The position numbers and the translations under genes are program-made. 64,000 nt of DNA. It comes from Ignavibacteria bacterium UBA2373. GTDB lineage: Bacteria > Bacteroidota > Ignavibacteria > Kapaibacteriales > UBA961. Below, piece by piece: positions 1-9,144 of the stretch. The notes beneath the pieces are model-generated. The model saw nothing but the letters and a program-made list of their open reading frames with translations, ran no database searches and was not told the DNA's origin. The stretch lies in contig DDTD01000046.1 in assembly GCA_002344005.1 (NCBI GenBank), forward strand, positions 317 through 64,316. The letters are read 5' to 3'. Every line of letters starts with the position of its first letter. Position 1 is the first letter of the stretch.

Positions 1-1
1 C

Positions 2-307
2 CCTCTGAATGAGTTTAACACAAAATTTTTAACTGCTCTACATTTTCATCCAACAAAGGCATCTAATGTCGGTGCTAGAGGTATTGGTGGTGACTTGGTG
101 GGTATAGCTAAAGGGGATCCTGGTAATTTTTGGTTTGTTGCTGGTTTAGATAATGAAATATACGCATACGCAGATTATCCAGGATATTGGACGAAAGCAA
201 GTATTGTTAATGTCACAAAAAAAACAGGGTTACAAATGATTGGTTTAACGAGTACGATAGGTGCAAATAAATTTTTGAGTCTTGTTCAACAAAATTGTAA
301 AAAATAA
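2..307 (+). CDS. hypothetical protein, C-terminal fragment (ORF open to the left window edge)
   Basis: Frame 2 is open from nt 2 to the TAA at 305-307. The track ORF 95..307 is only its internal-start tail. No recognisable motif. The stop lies 1 nt before the next ATG (309). Confidence 0.4.
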   Translation, partial: PLNEFNTKFLTALHFHPTKASNVGARGIGGDLVGIAKGDPGNFWFVAGLDNEIYAYADYPGYWTKASIVNVTKKTGLQMIGLTSTIGANKFLSLVQQNCKK

Positions 308-308
308 C

Positions 309-815
309 ATGAAAACTCGAATTATATATATATTTTTTTTTATTATCTTTATTGGTTGTAAAAATGACAACTTGCATGATAAAAACAAAAGAATAGTTTT
401 CACAAATATAAATATAAATCCTAGGTTGAATGATGTTGTAGATGCTTTTGTAGAAAAACTTCCAAACAAATCAATACATGGACAAATTTTTATTGACAGA
501 ACTAGGCGGGATGTTGTATTTATTACAATAAATTCATTTGTTGATACAACTACAGTATTGGCTAATTATCCGCCACTTTTCCAAATTCAATGTGGTAGCT
601 CTATTTTTGATGTATATACTGGTAGCGAAAGTTTGTTAACAAATCAAATGTATAGAATTAAGATACATTCAAAAAAAAATGTTTTATCTGACACATTACT
701 ATCATGGGGTTTAATTGATAGTGCAAATAGAATTTCATTTTTTGATGAACAGAATAGATGGCCATTTGTACCATTCGAGTATTATTTGAAAGAATCAGAT
801 AATTTTGAAAATTAA
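309..815 (+). CDS. hypothetical lipoprotein
   Basis: ATG at 309 gives MKTRIIYIFFFIIFIGCKND, a signal peptide plus lipobox Cys. The track start at 282 is a TTG extension. Very AT-rich (15-20% GC on sampled lines). Confidence 0.55.
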   Translation: MKTRIIYIFFFIIFIGCKNDNLHDKNKRIVFTNININPRLNDVVDAFVEKLPNKSIHGQIFIDRTRRDVVFITINSFVDTTTVLANYPPLFQIQCGSSIFDVYTGSESLLTNQMYRIKIHSKKNVLSDTLLSWGLIDSANRISFFDEQNRWPFVPFEYYLKESDNFEN

Positions 816-945
816 TGTTTAAAAATTATAGAAGTGTAAAACTTAGTTTTTTGATGGCTTCAAAAAGCAAAGTTGCCAAAGCCAATACGAGCAAAGCGAA
901 TTGCTTTTTATGGGTGTTGAGAGAAGAAAGTTGAAAACTATGAGA

Positions 946-1026
946 CATTTCGACAGGCTCAATGACCGCATTTCGATTAGCCCCATCCCAATTCCCCGAC
1001 GGGGAAGGCGAAAAAAGTGGGGCGCA
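946..1026. repeat. dispersed repeat, copy A (catttcgacagGctcaatgaccgca ... ccccgacgggg ... gcgaaaaaagtggggcgca)
   Basis: Roughly 80% identical by eye, in direct orientation, to 1396..1481. The first 29 nt differ at only two positions. Confidence 0.8.
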
Positions 1027-1036
1027 GGTTTGGGTT

Positions 1037-1362
1037 TAATCCCGAAGGGATGGCATGATAATAGAAAAATGCGTTAATAACAAAATCAAATCCCGCAGGG
1101 ATGGCATATTCTATGAGTATATCGCTCCTGCGGAGCTTGTTCACTGTTGTGGTTCTGTGATTTCTATTATTATATCGCTCCTTCGGAGCTTGATTGAAAT
1201 TATATCCCGAAGGGATTACACGTTTATAGTACGTATAAATTCATCCACCCCGTCAAACTGCGTCTACCACCGAGGAATGAGAACCCACCCCGTCCTGCGG
1301 ACACCCCTCCGGCGAAGGGGATGAAATTCAATAGCGGAAACAAAGGGATTACACGTTTATAG
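1037..1362. repeat. mosaic of short GC-rich hairpin modules
   Basis: Hairpins seen: tcccgaaggga (1040, 1205), tcccgcaggga (1090), gctcctgcggagc (1124), gctccttcggagc (1177), gtcctgcggac (1291) and cccctccggcgaagggg (1304). The modules recur at 4442-4712. Confidence 0.8.
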
Positions 1363-1395
1363 AAATTATGTTCTATGAAAACCATCCACCCCGTC

Positions 1396-1481
1396 CATTT
1401 CGACAGACTCAATGACCGCATTCCGGGTTTTTGACCCATCCTGTCCTTCCCCGACGGGCAACGCGAAAAAAGTGGGGCGCA
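1396..1481. repeat. dispersed repeat, copy B
   Basis: Direct repeat of 946..1026. It ends 85 nt upstream of the BNR-protein ATG. Confidence 0.8.
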
Positions 1482-1566
1482 TCATTTTTATACAATCCCA
1501 AAATAATGATTGAAAGTCCAAAACTGCGTAAATTGCTTAAAAAAGAGAAAAATAAAAGGAAAAATT

Positions 1567-4434
1567 ATGTTCGTAACTTTACTACGTATATGCGCTGTTG
1601 CACTCTGTTTCTGTGCGTCATCAATCATGCTTCAAGCACAAAGTATTGAATGGCAACGCTTACATGGAATACAAGGTTCTTATATTACTGCTATAACTAA
1701 AACTTCGTCGGGTGCAATTTTTGTTGGAACTCCCTATGGTATTTGGCGCACTCGCGACACTCTGCGGACTTGGGAAAATGTATCCGTCGGACTACGTGAT
1801 TCCTTAATATATGCCCTTGCAGCAACAAGTGACGGTGCTCTTTTAGCCGGCACTTATACGGGAGTCTATCGAACAACGGATGATGGAAAAACATGGTCTG
1901 TTGCAACGCCATCGGGAACTGTCCGATACTGGCAATATCTGTATGCTCACCCAAACGGAACATGTTTTGCAAGTTCTCGAAAAAAACTCTTTCGCTCCAC
2001 GAATAATGGAAAAACGTGGGCAGCTTTTGCCGATAGTATTGTTAATGTTGAGCCATTTATAGAAACGAATAAATTGCGAGTGCCTGTAGCAATGATTGGT
2101 ACAAATGGACGTATTTCAATCGGAGCGCAACATTATTCCGATGATAATGGAAAAACATGGCAAAAAACTCTCTCAAGTGATAATTATCATGTAAAAGCCT
2201 TAACCCAAATAGATGATAATTCGGCAATAATCGGTTCTTGTAATGGTAATGGCATAAAAGTGACTAATGACGGAGGCAAAACGTGGTATGAATCCACAGA
2301 TGATGAGCTTGATTTAATGGAGATTGATCCTGAACAGAAAAACGAAGTAAATGGACAAAAAGCTTTATTCTATAATAGTTTAAATTATTTTATCAATGGA
2401 CACCTGAATGCTTGTTATGCTCAATTTATCGGAAACAATGAGATGTTGTATTCAATATTTGGATTGGGTGTATGGAAAGTAAAAACGCGGCTTTCAACGG
2501 AACCCAATAACTATAGTTACGGGCTTATTCAAAAACAAAATGTAACTGATAATGGAGTAGAATCACGTTTTACAACCGCACTTTATAAACTTAATGACTC
2601 GACATTTCTTTTGGGTTCATTTGGAGCCGGTTTGTTTATGAGCAAAAATAAAGGAGATACATGGTCACCCATAAAAAATTTTCCTGCTCAATCGCCCATT
2701 ATCACAACATTTTACAATGATGATAAGCGTGGAACAATGTATGCAGGAACAGTCAATGGTTTATATAAAAGCAGTGACCATGGCATAGAATGGCAGCGAA
2801 TTGACTCAGGTTTTTATTATCCCCATGTTTACGCAGTAACAGTTACCGGTAAAGGTACATTAATAGCAACATCATTCAATAGATGCTTCCGTAAAGAATT
2901 AGGGAGTAAAGTATGGGAAAAAATAGAAACATTATCACATAATGTATATTCTGTGATTCATTTAGCATCTTCAGGCGATAGTGTTTTTGCAGTAAAGGGG
3001 CGATTATTTTATAGTGTTGATGATGGAAAAACATTTCAACAGGTGAATAATGTGATATTCGGCGATTATGGTTACGGTGGAGCGACATATATGCTCGGAT
3101 ATTATAAGAATTCACTTATATGTTATGGAATTGACGGAGTTAATCATACAACGAAGGGATTACAAGGATGGAATAAACGTGTAAATACACGATTATTTGA
3201 TTATGAAAAGGCGGTTAATCCTTACAGTAATCTTTATGTATCAAGGAATTATTCCGGACATGTTTCGAGGTTCACAGGGTCGGTCTATCTATCTGCGGGA
3301 TATGGATTAACTTCGTATGATCGAGAAAATAATGTTATTACAGAGCGAAATGCAAAAGATGAGTGGCTCTATGGAGAATTTGTATTAGGCATGATGTCCG
3401 ATCAAAAAGGCAGACCCTTTGCCGCCACGATGGAAGGTATTGCTTTTTCAGAAAAAGCAGATAAAAATTGGAAATTTACTCCACCGCTACCCGGACTATC
3501 CATACCGGCTATGAAAGAAGTTGAAGTTGATGATAAAGGGTATCTTTATGCAGCTTCTCTATTCGGTGGGGTTTTTCGCTCAAAAGAACCCATTATTGCA
3601 TTGTCATCACCCTCATTGACCTTGCCCATAAACAAGGCTCAAGAAGTTGCTTTAACAACTCAGCTAAAGTGGACGGCTGCAAACGATGCAAAAAACTATG
3701 GATTACAAATTGCAACGGATTCACTCTTTACCACAATTATTTTTGAAGATTCTTCAGCTACGGCATTATTATATGGAGAATTACCGCTTAAACCCAACAC
3801 AAAATATTTTTGGCGAGTGCAGAGCAGATTATTCGGTGTTCGGAGTCCTTGGTCAGAAATACGTTCATTTTCTACGCTGACAGTCTATCCAAGTAAAGTA
3901 ACATTGCGCCAACCTGCCAATAAAGAAATTAATCGTCCGGTGTCAGTATCTCTTTTGTGGAATCCTACAACGGAAGCTGACAGTTTTGATGTACATGTTG
4001 CATCCGATAATGCTTTTACCATGACAACATTGCGCGACAGCATGATAGCAAAAAGAGAAATACAATTAAGTAATTTACAGCAAGGGACAGAATATTTTTG
4101 GCGAGTACGGGGTAAAAATCGTGCAGGTTATGGACCTTGGTCAGAGACATGGAGTTTTACCACACAATCACCAAGCGGCATAAGTGAGGATGATAATTCC
4201 GGCATGAGCGTGACAGTACAAAACAGTCATGTGATTTTGCATTATGGTGCATATTCACAATCGGTAAAAGGGATACGCATCACGGATATACGCGGCAAAA
4301 CAATATTGAGCCAAACCATAGAGCAAGGTCAAAGCAGCAGTGATTTTGATATGAGCGGCATGAGCAAGGGCTATTATGTTGTGATACTCGACACGCACAC
4401 AGGCAGCATCAGCCGTAATATTATAATGGAATAA
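1567..4434 (+). CDS. secreted BNR/Asp-box repeat protein with Fn3-like modules and a T9SS C-terminal sorting domain
   Basis: ATG 1567 gives a signal peptide (MFVTLLRICAVALCFCASSIMLQAQ). Seven Asp-box motifs: DDGKTW, NNGKTW, DDNGKTW, NDGGKTW, NKGDTW, DHGIEW, DDGKTF. Two Fn3-like modules (..YFWRV..PWSE..SF.T). The C-terminal ~75 aa resemble a T9SS CTD (IRITDIRGKTIL..MSKGYYVVIL). Confidence 0.8.
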   Translation: MFVTLLRICAVALCFCASSIMLQAQSIEWQRLHGIQGSYITAITKTSSGAIFVGTPYGIWRTRDTLRTWENVSVGLRDSLIYALAATSDGALLAGTYTGVYRTTDDGKTWSVATPSGTVRYWQYLYAHPNGTCFASSRKKLFRSTNNGKTWAAFADSIVNVEPFIETNKLRVPVAMIGTNGRISIGAQHYSDDNGKTWQKTLSSDNYHVKALTQIDDNSAIIGSCNGNGIKVTNDGGKTWYESTDDELDLMEIDPEQKNEVNGQKALFYNSLNYFINGHLNACYAQFIGNNEMLYSIFGLGVWKVKTRLSTEPNNYSYGLIQKQNVTDNGVESRFTTALYKLNDSTFLLGSFGAGLFMSKNKGDTWSPIKNFPAQSPIITTFYNDDKRGTMYAGTVNGLYKSSDHGIEWQRIDSGFYYPHVYAVTVTGKGTLIATSFNRCFRKELGSKVWEKIETLSHNVYSVIHLASSGDSVFAVKGRLFYSVDDGKTFQQVNNVIFGDYGYGGATYMLGYYKNSLICYGIDGVNHTTKGLQGWNKRVNTRLFDYEKAVNPYSNLYVSRNYSGHVSRFTGSVYLSAGYGLTSYDRENNVITERNAKDEWLYGEFVLGMMSDQKGRPFAATMEGIAFSEKADKNWKFTPPLPGLSIPAMKEVEVDDKGYLYAASLFGGVFRSKEPIIALSSPSLTLPINKAQEVALTTQLKWTAANDAKNYGLQIATDSLFTTIIFEDSSATALLYGELPLKPNTKYFWRVQSRLFGVRSPWSEIRSFSTLTVYPSKVTLRQPANKEINRPVSVSLLWNPTTEADSFDVHVASDNAFTMTTLRDSMIAKREIQLSNLQQGTEYFWRVRGKNRAGYGPWSETWSFTTQSPSGISEDDNSGMSVTVQNSHVILHYGAYSQSVKGIRITDIRGKTILSQTIEQGQSSSDFDMSGMSKGYYVVILDTHTGSISRNIIME

Positions 4435-4441
4435 AAAAGCA

Positions 4442-4712
4442 AAACCTTATAGGTTTGGATACGGAATCCACCCCGTCCTTCGGACACCCCTCCGATGGAT
4501 GGGAGGAAATTCAGCGGCGGATAAATCCCGAAGGGATGAAACGTTTATAGAGCAATGGGGTTGATGCGATGGGCGATGTTCCGTAAACCTATAAGGTTTT
4601 GAAAACCTTATAGGTTTGGATACGGAATCCACCTCGTCCTTCGGACACCCCTCCGGCGGAGGGGATGAAATTCATTGCGTCACGGAATCCCGCAGGGATA
4701 GCATACTCTATG
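4442..4712. repeat. second hairpin-module mosaic, including a 161-nt-period tandem duplication and a 33-nt palindrome
   Basis: 4442-4494 and 4603-4655 are identical except for one base. aaaccttataggttt occurs at 4442 and 4603, and its inverse aaacctataaggttt at 4585. Modules are shared with 1089-1115, 1204-1229 and 1285-1330. Confidence 0.85.
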
Positions 4713-4960
4713 GTCTGTGCTTTATCCGATAGCGCAAAAGCGCGGAGACTAAAAATGTCATTGCACAGTGAGTTATCAAAGACCTCATTATCGTAATATT
4801 TGCATTGCTGCTTTACTTTGCATTAGTCTATGATATGCGACGCAGTGGTATTGACAATGACTTTATCGGCATAGCTAAAACCATGATAACCCTGATTATG
4901 AATAATGACAGATTATCTGACTCGTCCATCTCACACTCCAATACTTCGTGATGAGATTCG

Positions 4961-4968
4961 TATTTTTG
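4961..4968 (+). promoter_or_regulatory. candidate Bacteroidota-type -7 promoter box (TAnnTTTG)
   Basis: tatttttg lies 27 nt before the ATG at 4996, the same spacing as the box at 21934. No clear -33 TTTG. Confidence 0.3.
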
Positions 4969-4995
4969 CCATAAATCACAATCCATACAACACAC

Positions 4996-6987
4996 ATGAG
5001 TTACAAAAAATTATTTATCTTGAGTGCATTCACTTTCCTAAGTTTACAAAATATTCAAGCCCAAACGCCCCAGAACAAAACGACGTATGGTTTTTACGGT
5101 GGGCTTAACATTAACTTCCATTCGCCCAACTTTACAGACCCTAATCGTATAATTTCAAACAACTTATACAATGTGGACTCTTCCACATTTTCGACCAATG
5201 CCACATCCATAGGTTTTGCTATCGGCGGTATTGTCAATTACTCAATCAATGATCGTTTCCAATTGTCGGGACGGCTGGGCTACAATGGCTTAGGAACAAA
5301 GATAACATCAAGTTCACGTCGTTTTACGGCATCCGACACGGTTCCCATCAACTCGGAGATTGATGCCAGTTTAGGTATGATTGAGGTAGCTCCCCTATTG
5401 CGTGTAAAAAATGTATTTGCACCGGCACCACTCAATCTTCTGGGTGGTTTTGAGTTCTCTATTCCCTTTATGACATCCTATACTCATGTAGATCGCACAA
5501 TATCGGGTACACCATCACCTTTATTGGATGGTCAATCATCACAAGACAGAATCTCTAATCCTATTGCAAGTTTGGACGCAGCCATGAGAGCAGCATTTGT
5601 GATTGGCGCAGACTATGAAATTCCTCTGAATAAAACGACTTCGCTCGTTCCTGAAATTACGTTCAGAATGCCTTTCACGACTGTAAGTTCCAATACAGCA
5701 TTTGATTCATGGAGCGTACCGCAATTACGTGTAGGTATATCGCTTACATTTGGTAATGACAATAAAATGAAAGACGATAATATTCCATCAAACCTTGATA
5801 TTCAAATGGATAATATCGGTTATTATACACCGGATGGACTGTTCACGCCGCTCAATTTTCTTAAAGTAGAAGATATTGCTTACTCGGAATTATATCCTGT
5901 GGTACCATATATCTTTTTTGAAGCAAATAGTAATAAACCATTTACAAAAGAATATCAATCAGAAAATACTACAGCAAGAGCCGGAGCATTTACACTGAAT
6001 AATTTACAACCCGATGCGATAAGTATTAATCGCAGTCTTATAGATATCATCGGCTACAGAATGAATGCCAATAAACAGGCACAATTAACCATAACGGGAA
6101 CAACAGACGGAAAAACAGAAAATAAAAATACGACTATTGCCAAAGAAAGAGCCGAGTATGTAAAAAATTACCTCATGTCATCGTATGGTATCGAAGAAAA
6201 TAGATTGCAAGTTGTAGCGCGTGGTTTACCGGCAAAACCATCGGCAAATACAGTCCCCGAAGCAGAAGCAGAAAATCGTCGTGTCGAATTTTCTTCCACT
6301 TCGCGCGATATTGTAGCACCGATTATTCTCAAAAGTGATAATCAACGTATTGCATATCCCGAACTTATTGAATTTCGCCCCAAAGTAATTTCCAATAAAG
6401 GAATAAGTGATTGGAACTTGCAAATAAGTCAAGCAGGAAAATCATTGAGAACATTTTCGGGTCATGGTACTTTAACACCTCAACGCTGGCAAATTCGCCC
6501 GAATGAATTATCAAATTCTCAGATTAATGTGGAATATACTTTGACGGTACAAGACAGCTCAGGCGTAAAAAAAGAAGCTTATGGCACAATTCCCGTAGAA
6601 TATTTGTCCTCAACAAAAAAACGTTCGGAACAATTAGCCGATAAATCTATTTCGAAATTTTCTCTTGTACTTTTCGATTTCGATAAAGCAGAGCTAACCG
6701 AAGAAAATGCTCGCATAGTGGAAGAACAAGTGCTTCCTTCCATCCAGTATAATTCAACCGTCACCATCATTGGTTATTCCGATGATTTGGGAGAAGCAAA
6801 CTACAATCAAAAACTATCGCAAAAGCGTGCGGATGTCATAAAAAAAGTATTAGAAGCTAAAATCCGCGATGCAAAATATACGGCAAAAGGCATCGGCGAA
6901 AATGTTCCGATTTTTGATAATACATCTATCATTGGTCGCCATTTGTCCCGAACAGTACAAATCATTGTTGAAACTCCGAAAAAATAA
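4996..6987 (+). CDS. OmpA family outer-membrane protein with two OmpA-like C-terminal domains
   Basis: Signal peptide (..FLSLQNIQAQ) followed by a beta-barrel-like N-terminal region. Two OmpA-type modules: TGTTDG..AENRRVEF and GYSDDLGEANYNQKLSQKRADV..RTVQIIVE. Confidence 0.8.
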   Translation: MSYKKLFILSAFTFLSLQNIQAQTPQNKTTYGFYGGLNINFHSPNFTDPNRIISNNLYNVDSSTFSTNATSIGFAIGGIVNYSINDRFQLSGRLGYNGLGTKITSSSRRFTASDTVPINSEIDASLGMIEVAPLLRVKNVFAPAPLNLLGGFEFSIPFMTSYTHVDRTISGTPSPLLDGQSSQDRISNPIASLDAAMRAAFVIGADYEIPLNKTTSLVPEITFRMPFTTVSSNTAFDSWSVPQLRVGISLTFGNDNKMKDDNIPSNLDIQMDNIGYYTPDGLFTPLNFLKVEDIAYSELYPVVPYIFFEANSNKPFTKEYQSENTTARAGAFTLNNLQPDAISINRSLIDIIGYRMNANKQAQLTITGTTDGKTENKNTTIAKERAEYVKNYLMSSYGIEENRLQVVARGLPAKPSANTVPEAEAENRRVEFSSTSRDIVAPIILKSDNQRIAYPELIEFRPKVISNKGISDWNLQISQAGKSLRTFSGHGTLTPQRWQIRPNELSNSQINVEYTLTVQDSSGVKKEAYGTIPVEYLSSTKKRSEQLADKSISKFSLVLFDFDKAELTEENARIVEEQVLPSIQYNSTVTIIGYSDDLGEANYNQKLSQKRADVIKKVLEAKIRDAKYTAKGIGENVPIFDNTSIIGRHLSRTVQIIVETPKK

Positions 6988-7092
6988 GAAGTGCCATAGT
7001 GTGTCTTCATGCTTTTCATGGTACAAGTAATTCAAAGAAACATTCTATGACCATACGACTCGAAACAATGAGTACTGACATCAGGGGGATTA

Positions 7093-9015
7093 ATGTCTGA
7101 GCAATCAATCGAATATAAATACCTGTCAAATATTGACATACCATCAGATTTGCGTAAACTGCCGGAAAGTGCATTGCGCGAAGTAGCCGATGAAGTGCGC
7201 GAATATATGGTTGATACTATCACCAAAGTAGGCGGTCACTTCGGTGCAGGGCTTGGCGTTGTAGAGTTAACCGTAGCGTTACATTATGTTTTCGACACCC
7301 CCAAAGACAAAATTGTCATAGACACAGGGCATCAGGGCTATCCGCATAAGATTTTGACCGGTCGTAAAAATACATTGCATACAATACGTCAAAAAGATGG
7401 GTTGTCGGGATTTTTGAAGCGTACCGAAAGCGAATATGATGAATTTGGTGCAGGTCATGCAAGCACCAGTATTTCTGCTGCACTTGGCATTGCTTCTGCA
7501 AGAGATTTACTCGGTCAAGATAATCATGTTGTGGCAGTTATTGGCGATGGTGCCATGACGGGCGGTTTGGTCTATGAGGCAATGAATAATTGTGGCGTAC
7601 AGCAAAAGAAATTAATCGTCATCCTCAATGATAATCAAATGTCCATAGCACCGAATGTATGGGCTTTATCGAATTATTTCAGCAATTTATTCGCCTCCCC
7701 TACCGCACAAAAAATTCGCAGCAATATTTGGGATATGACGGGAAAAACAGGCGAATTAGGTGATAGGATTCGTACTTTGGCTCATAAAATCGAAGATGGA
7801 TTAAAAGCAGTTTTAACACCCGGTATGCTCTTCGAAGCATTAGGCTTTAATTATTATGGTCCTACCAATGGACATAATATTGGTAACTTGGTGAAAATGC
7901 TGCAATCAGTCAAAGATATGAACGGTCCTGTGCTTTTGCATGTCATAACCCAAAAAGGTAAAGGATATAAACCCGCAGAAGCAGATAAACAATTTCTTCA
8001 TGCTATTGGCAAAGTAGATAAAATTACAGGAAAATCCACCGCTTCCAAACCCTCCATTCCTCTTCCGCCGACATATCAGAAAGTATTTGGCGAAGCATTA
8101 ACCGAAATTTGTGATACAAATCCCAAAGTAGTCGGTATAACTGCCGCAATGCCTGATGGGACAGGCCTTGATATTCTTGCAAAAAAATATCCTGAAAAAA
8201 TGACGGATGTCGGCATAGCCGAAGGTCATGCAGTCACCTTTGCAGCCGGTATGGCAACGCAAGGTATTATTCCTGTATGTGCAATTTATTCTTCCTTTTT
8301 GCAAAGAGCTTTCGATCATATTTGTCATGATGTTGCTTTGCAGCATCTGCACGTAGTGTTTGCACTTGACAGGAGCGGCGTTGTCGGAGCGGATGGTCCA
8401 ACCCATCATGGTGTTTTAGATTATGCTTATTTGCGCATTATCCAAGGTATGGTAGTGATGGCTCCCAAAGATGAGCAAGAATTACGCGATATGCTCTATT
8501 CGGCAATTCATGATTATACCAAAGGACCGGTTTCTTTGCGCTATCCTCGCGGCGAATCACAAGGCATTGCCTTGCAACCCATGAAATCTATACCACTTGG
8601 CAAAGGTGAAATACTGCGCTCCGGCAATGATATTTGTATTCTTGCTATCGGCAATATGGTATATCCGGCATTAAAAGCAGCAGATATTTTATCGAAAAAT
8701 GGTATTGAAGCAGAAATTGTGAATGCTCGTTTTGTCAAGCCATTAGATACGCAATTACTTGATGAATTAGCCGAAAGACATACATATTTTATGACCGTTG
8801 AAGATGGGCAAATTCAAGGCGGCTTTGGCAGTGCCATTATTGAATATCTTGCACAAAATCATCCGGGAAAACGCATTAAACTTCACGGCATTGAAGATAT
8901 ATACGTGGATCATGGCACTCAGCAAGAACTATGGGCTGAATTGTGTTTAGATGCTCCGGGTATAGCTGCAAAAACTCAAGAATTTATTCATTCATATTCA
9001 ACCATCATTGCATAA
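7093..9015 (+). CDS. dxs: 1-deoxy-D-xylulose-5-phosphate synthase
   Basis: GGHFGAGLGVVELTVALHYVF, DTGHQGYPHKILTGR, GDGAMTGG and GIAEGHAVTFAAGMA; 640 aa, typical length. Confidence 0.95.
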   Translation: MSEQSIEYKYLSNIDIPSDLRKLPESALREVADEVREYMVDTITKVGGHFGAGLGVVELTVALHYVFDTPKDKIVIDTGHQGYPHKILTGRKNTLHTIRQKDGLSGFLKRTESEYDEFGAGHASTSISAALGIASARDLLGQDNHVVAVIGDGAMTGGLVYEAMNNCGVQQKKLIVILNDNQMSIAPNVWALSNYFSNLFASPTAQKIRSNIWDMTGKTGELGDRIRTLAHKIEDGLKAVLTPGMLFEALGFNYYGPTNGHNIGNLVKMLQSVKDMNGPVLLHVITQKGKGYKPAEADKQFLHAIGKVDKITGKSTASKPSIPLPPTYQKVFGEALTEICDTNPKVVGITAAMPDGTGLDILAKKYPEKMTDVGIAEGHAVTFAAGMATQGIIPVCAIYSSFLQRAFDHICHDVALQHLHVVFALDRSGVVGADGPTHHGVLDYAYLRIIQGMVVMAPKDEQELRDMLYSAIHDYTKGPVSLRYPRGESQGIALQPMKSIPLGKGEILRSGNDICILAIGNMVYPALKAADILSKNGIEAEIVNARFVKPLDTQLLDELAERHTYFMTVEDGQIQGGFGSAIIEYLAQNHPGKRIKLHGIEDIYVDHGTQQELWAELCLDAPGIAAKTQEFIHSYSTIIA

Positions 9016-9144
9016 TAACTTGCCAATATGCTTGATTTGATATAAGGCGACATATTGCTTTCATGATGGATTAATACTTGTTTTTGCAATCAAATTCATT
9101 CTTACTAAGACATTTCATTTTTCTTTTTTAATCTTTAATCACAA

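Noticed and set aside
1055-1649. ORF-track entries 1055..1324 (+), 1224..1439 (-) and 1431..1649 (+)
   Set aside because: They run entirely through the hairpin-repeat mosaic. Their peptides (e.g. HPVLRTPLRRRG, MRSLSLSK) are simply translations of the repeat modules, they overlap each other on both strands, and they have no start context or motifs.
4447-4632. ORF 4447..4632 (-), 61 aa
   Set aside because: It lies wholly inside the tandem repeat and palindrome region after the BNR gene, so it is a translation of repeat modules.
4442-4712. Possible CRISPR array, because of repeated palindromic units
   Set aside because: There are only two full units, with a 161-nt period. The intervening sequence is itself made of other shared repeat modules rather than unique spacers. 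The units are not of the uniform 24-48-nt repeat/spacer kind, and no cas genes are nearby.
4905-5108. ORF 4905..5108 (+), 67 aa, overlapping the OmpA gene start
   Set aside because: It is in a different frame from the well-supported OmpA-family ORF, has no motifs, and covers the putative promoter box.
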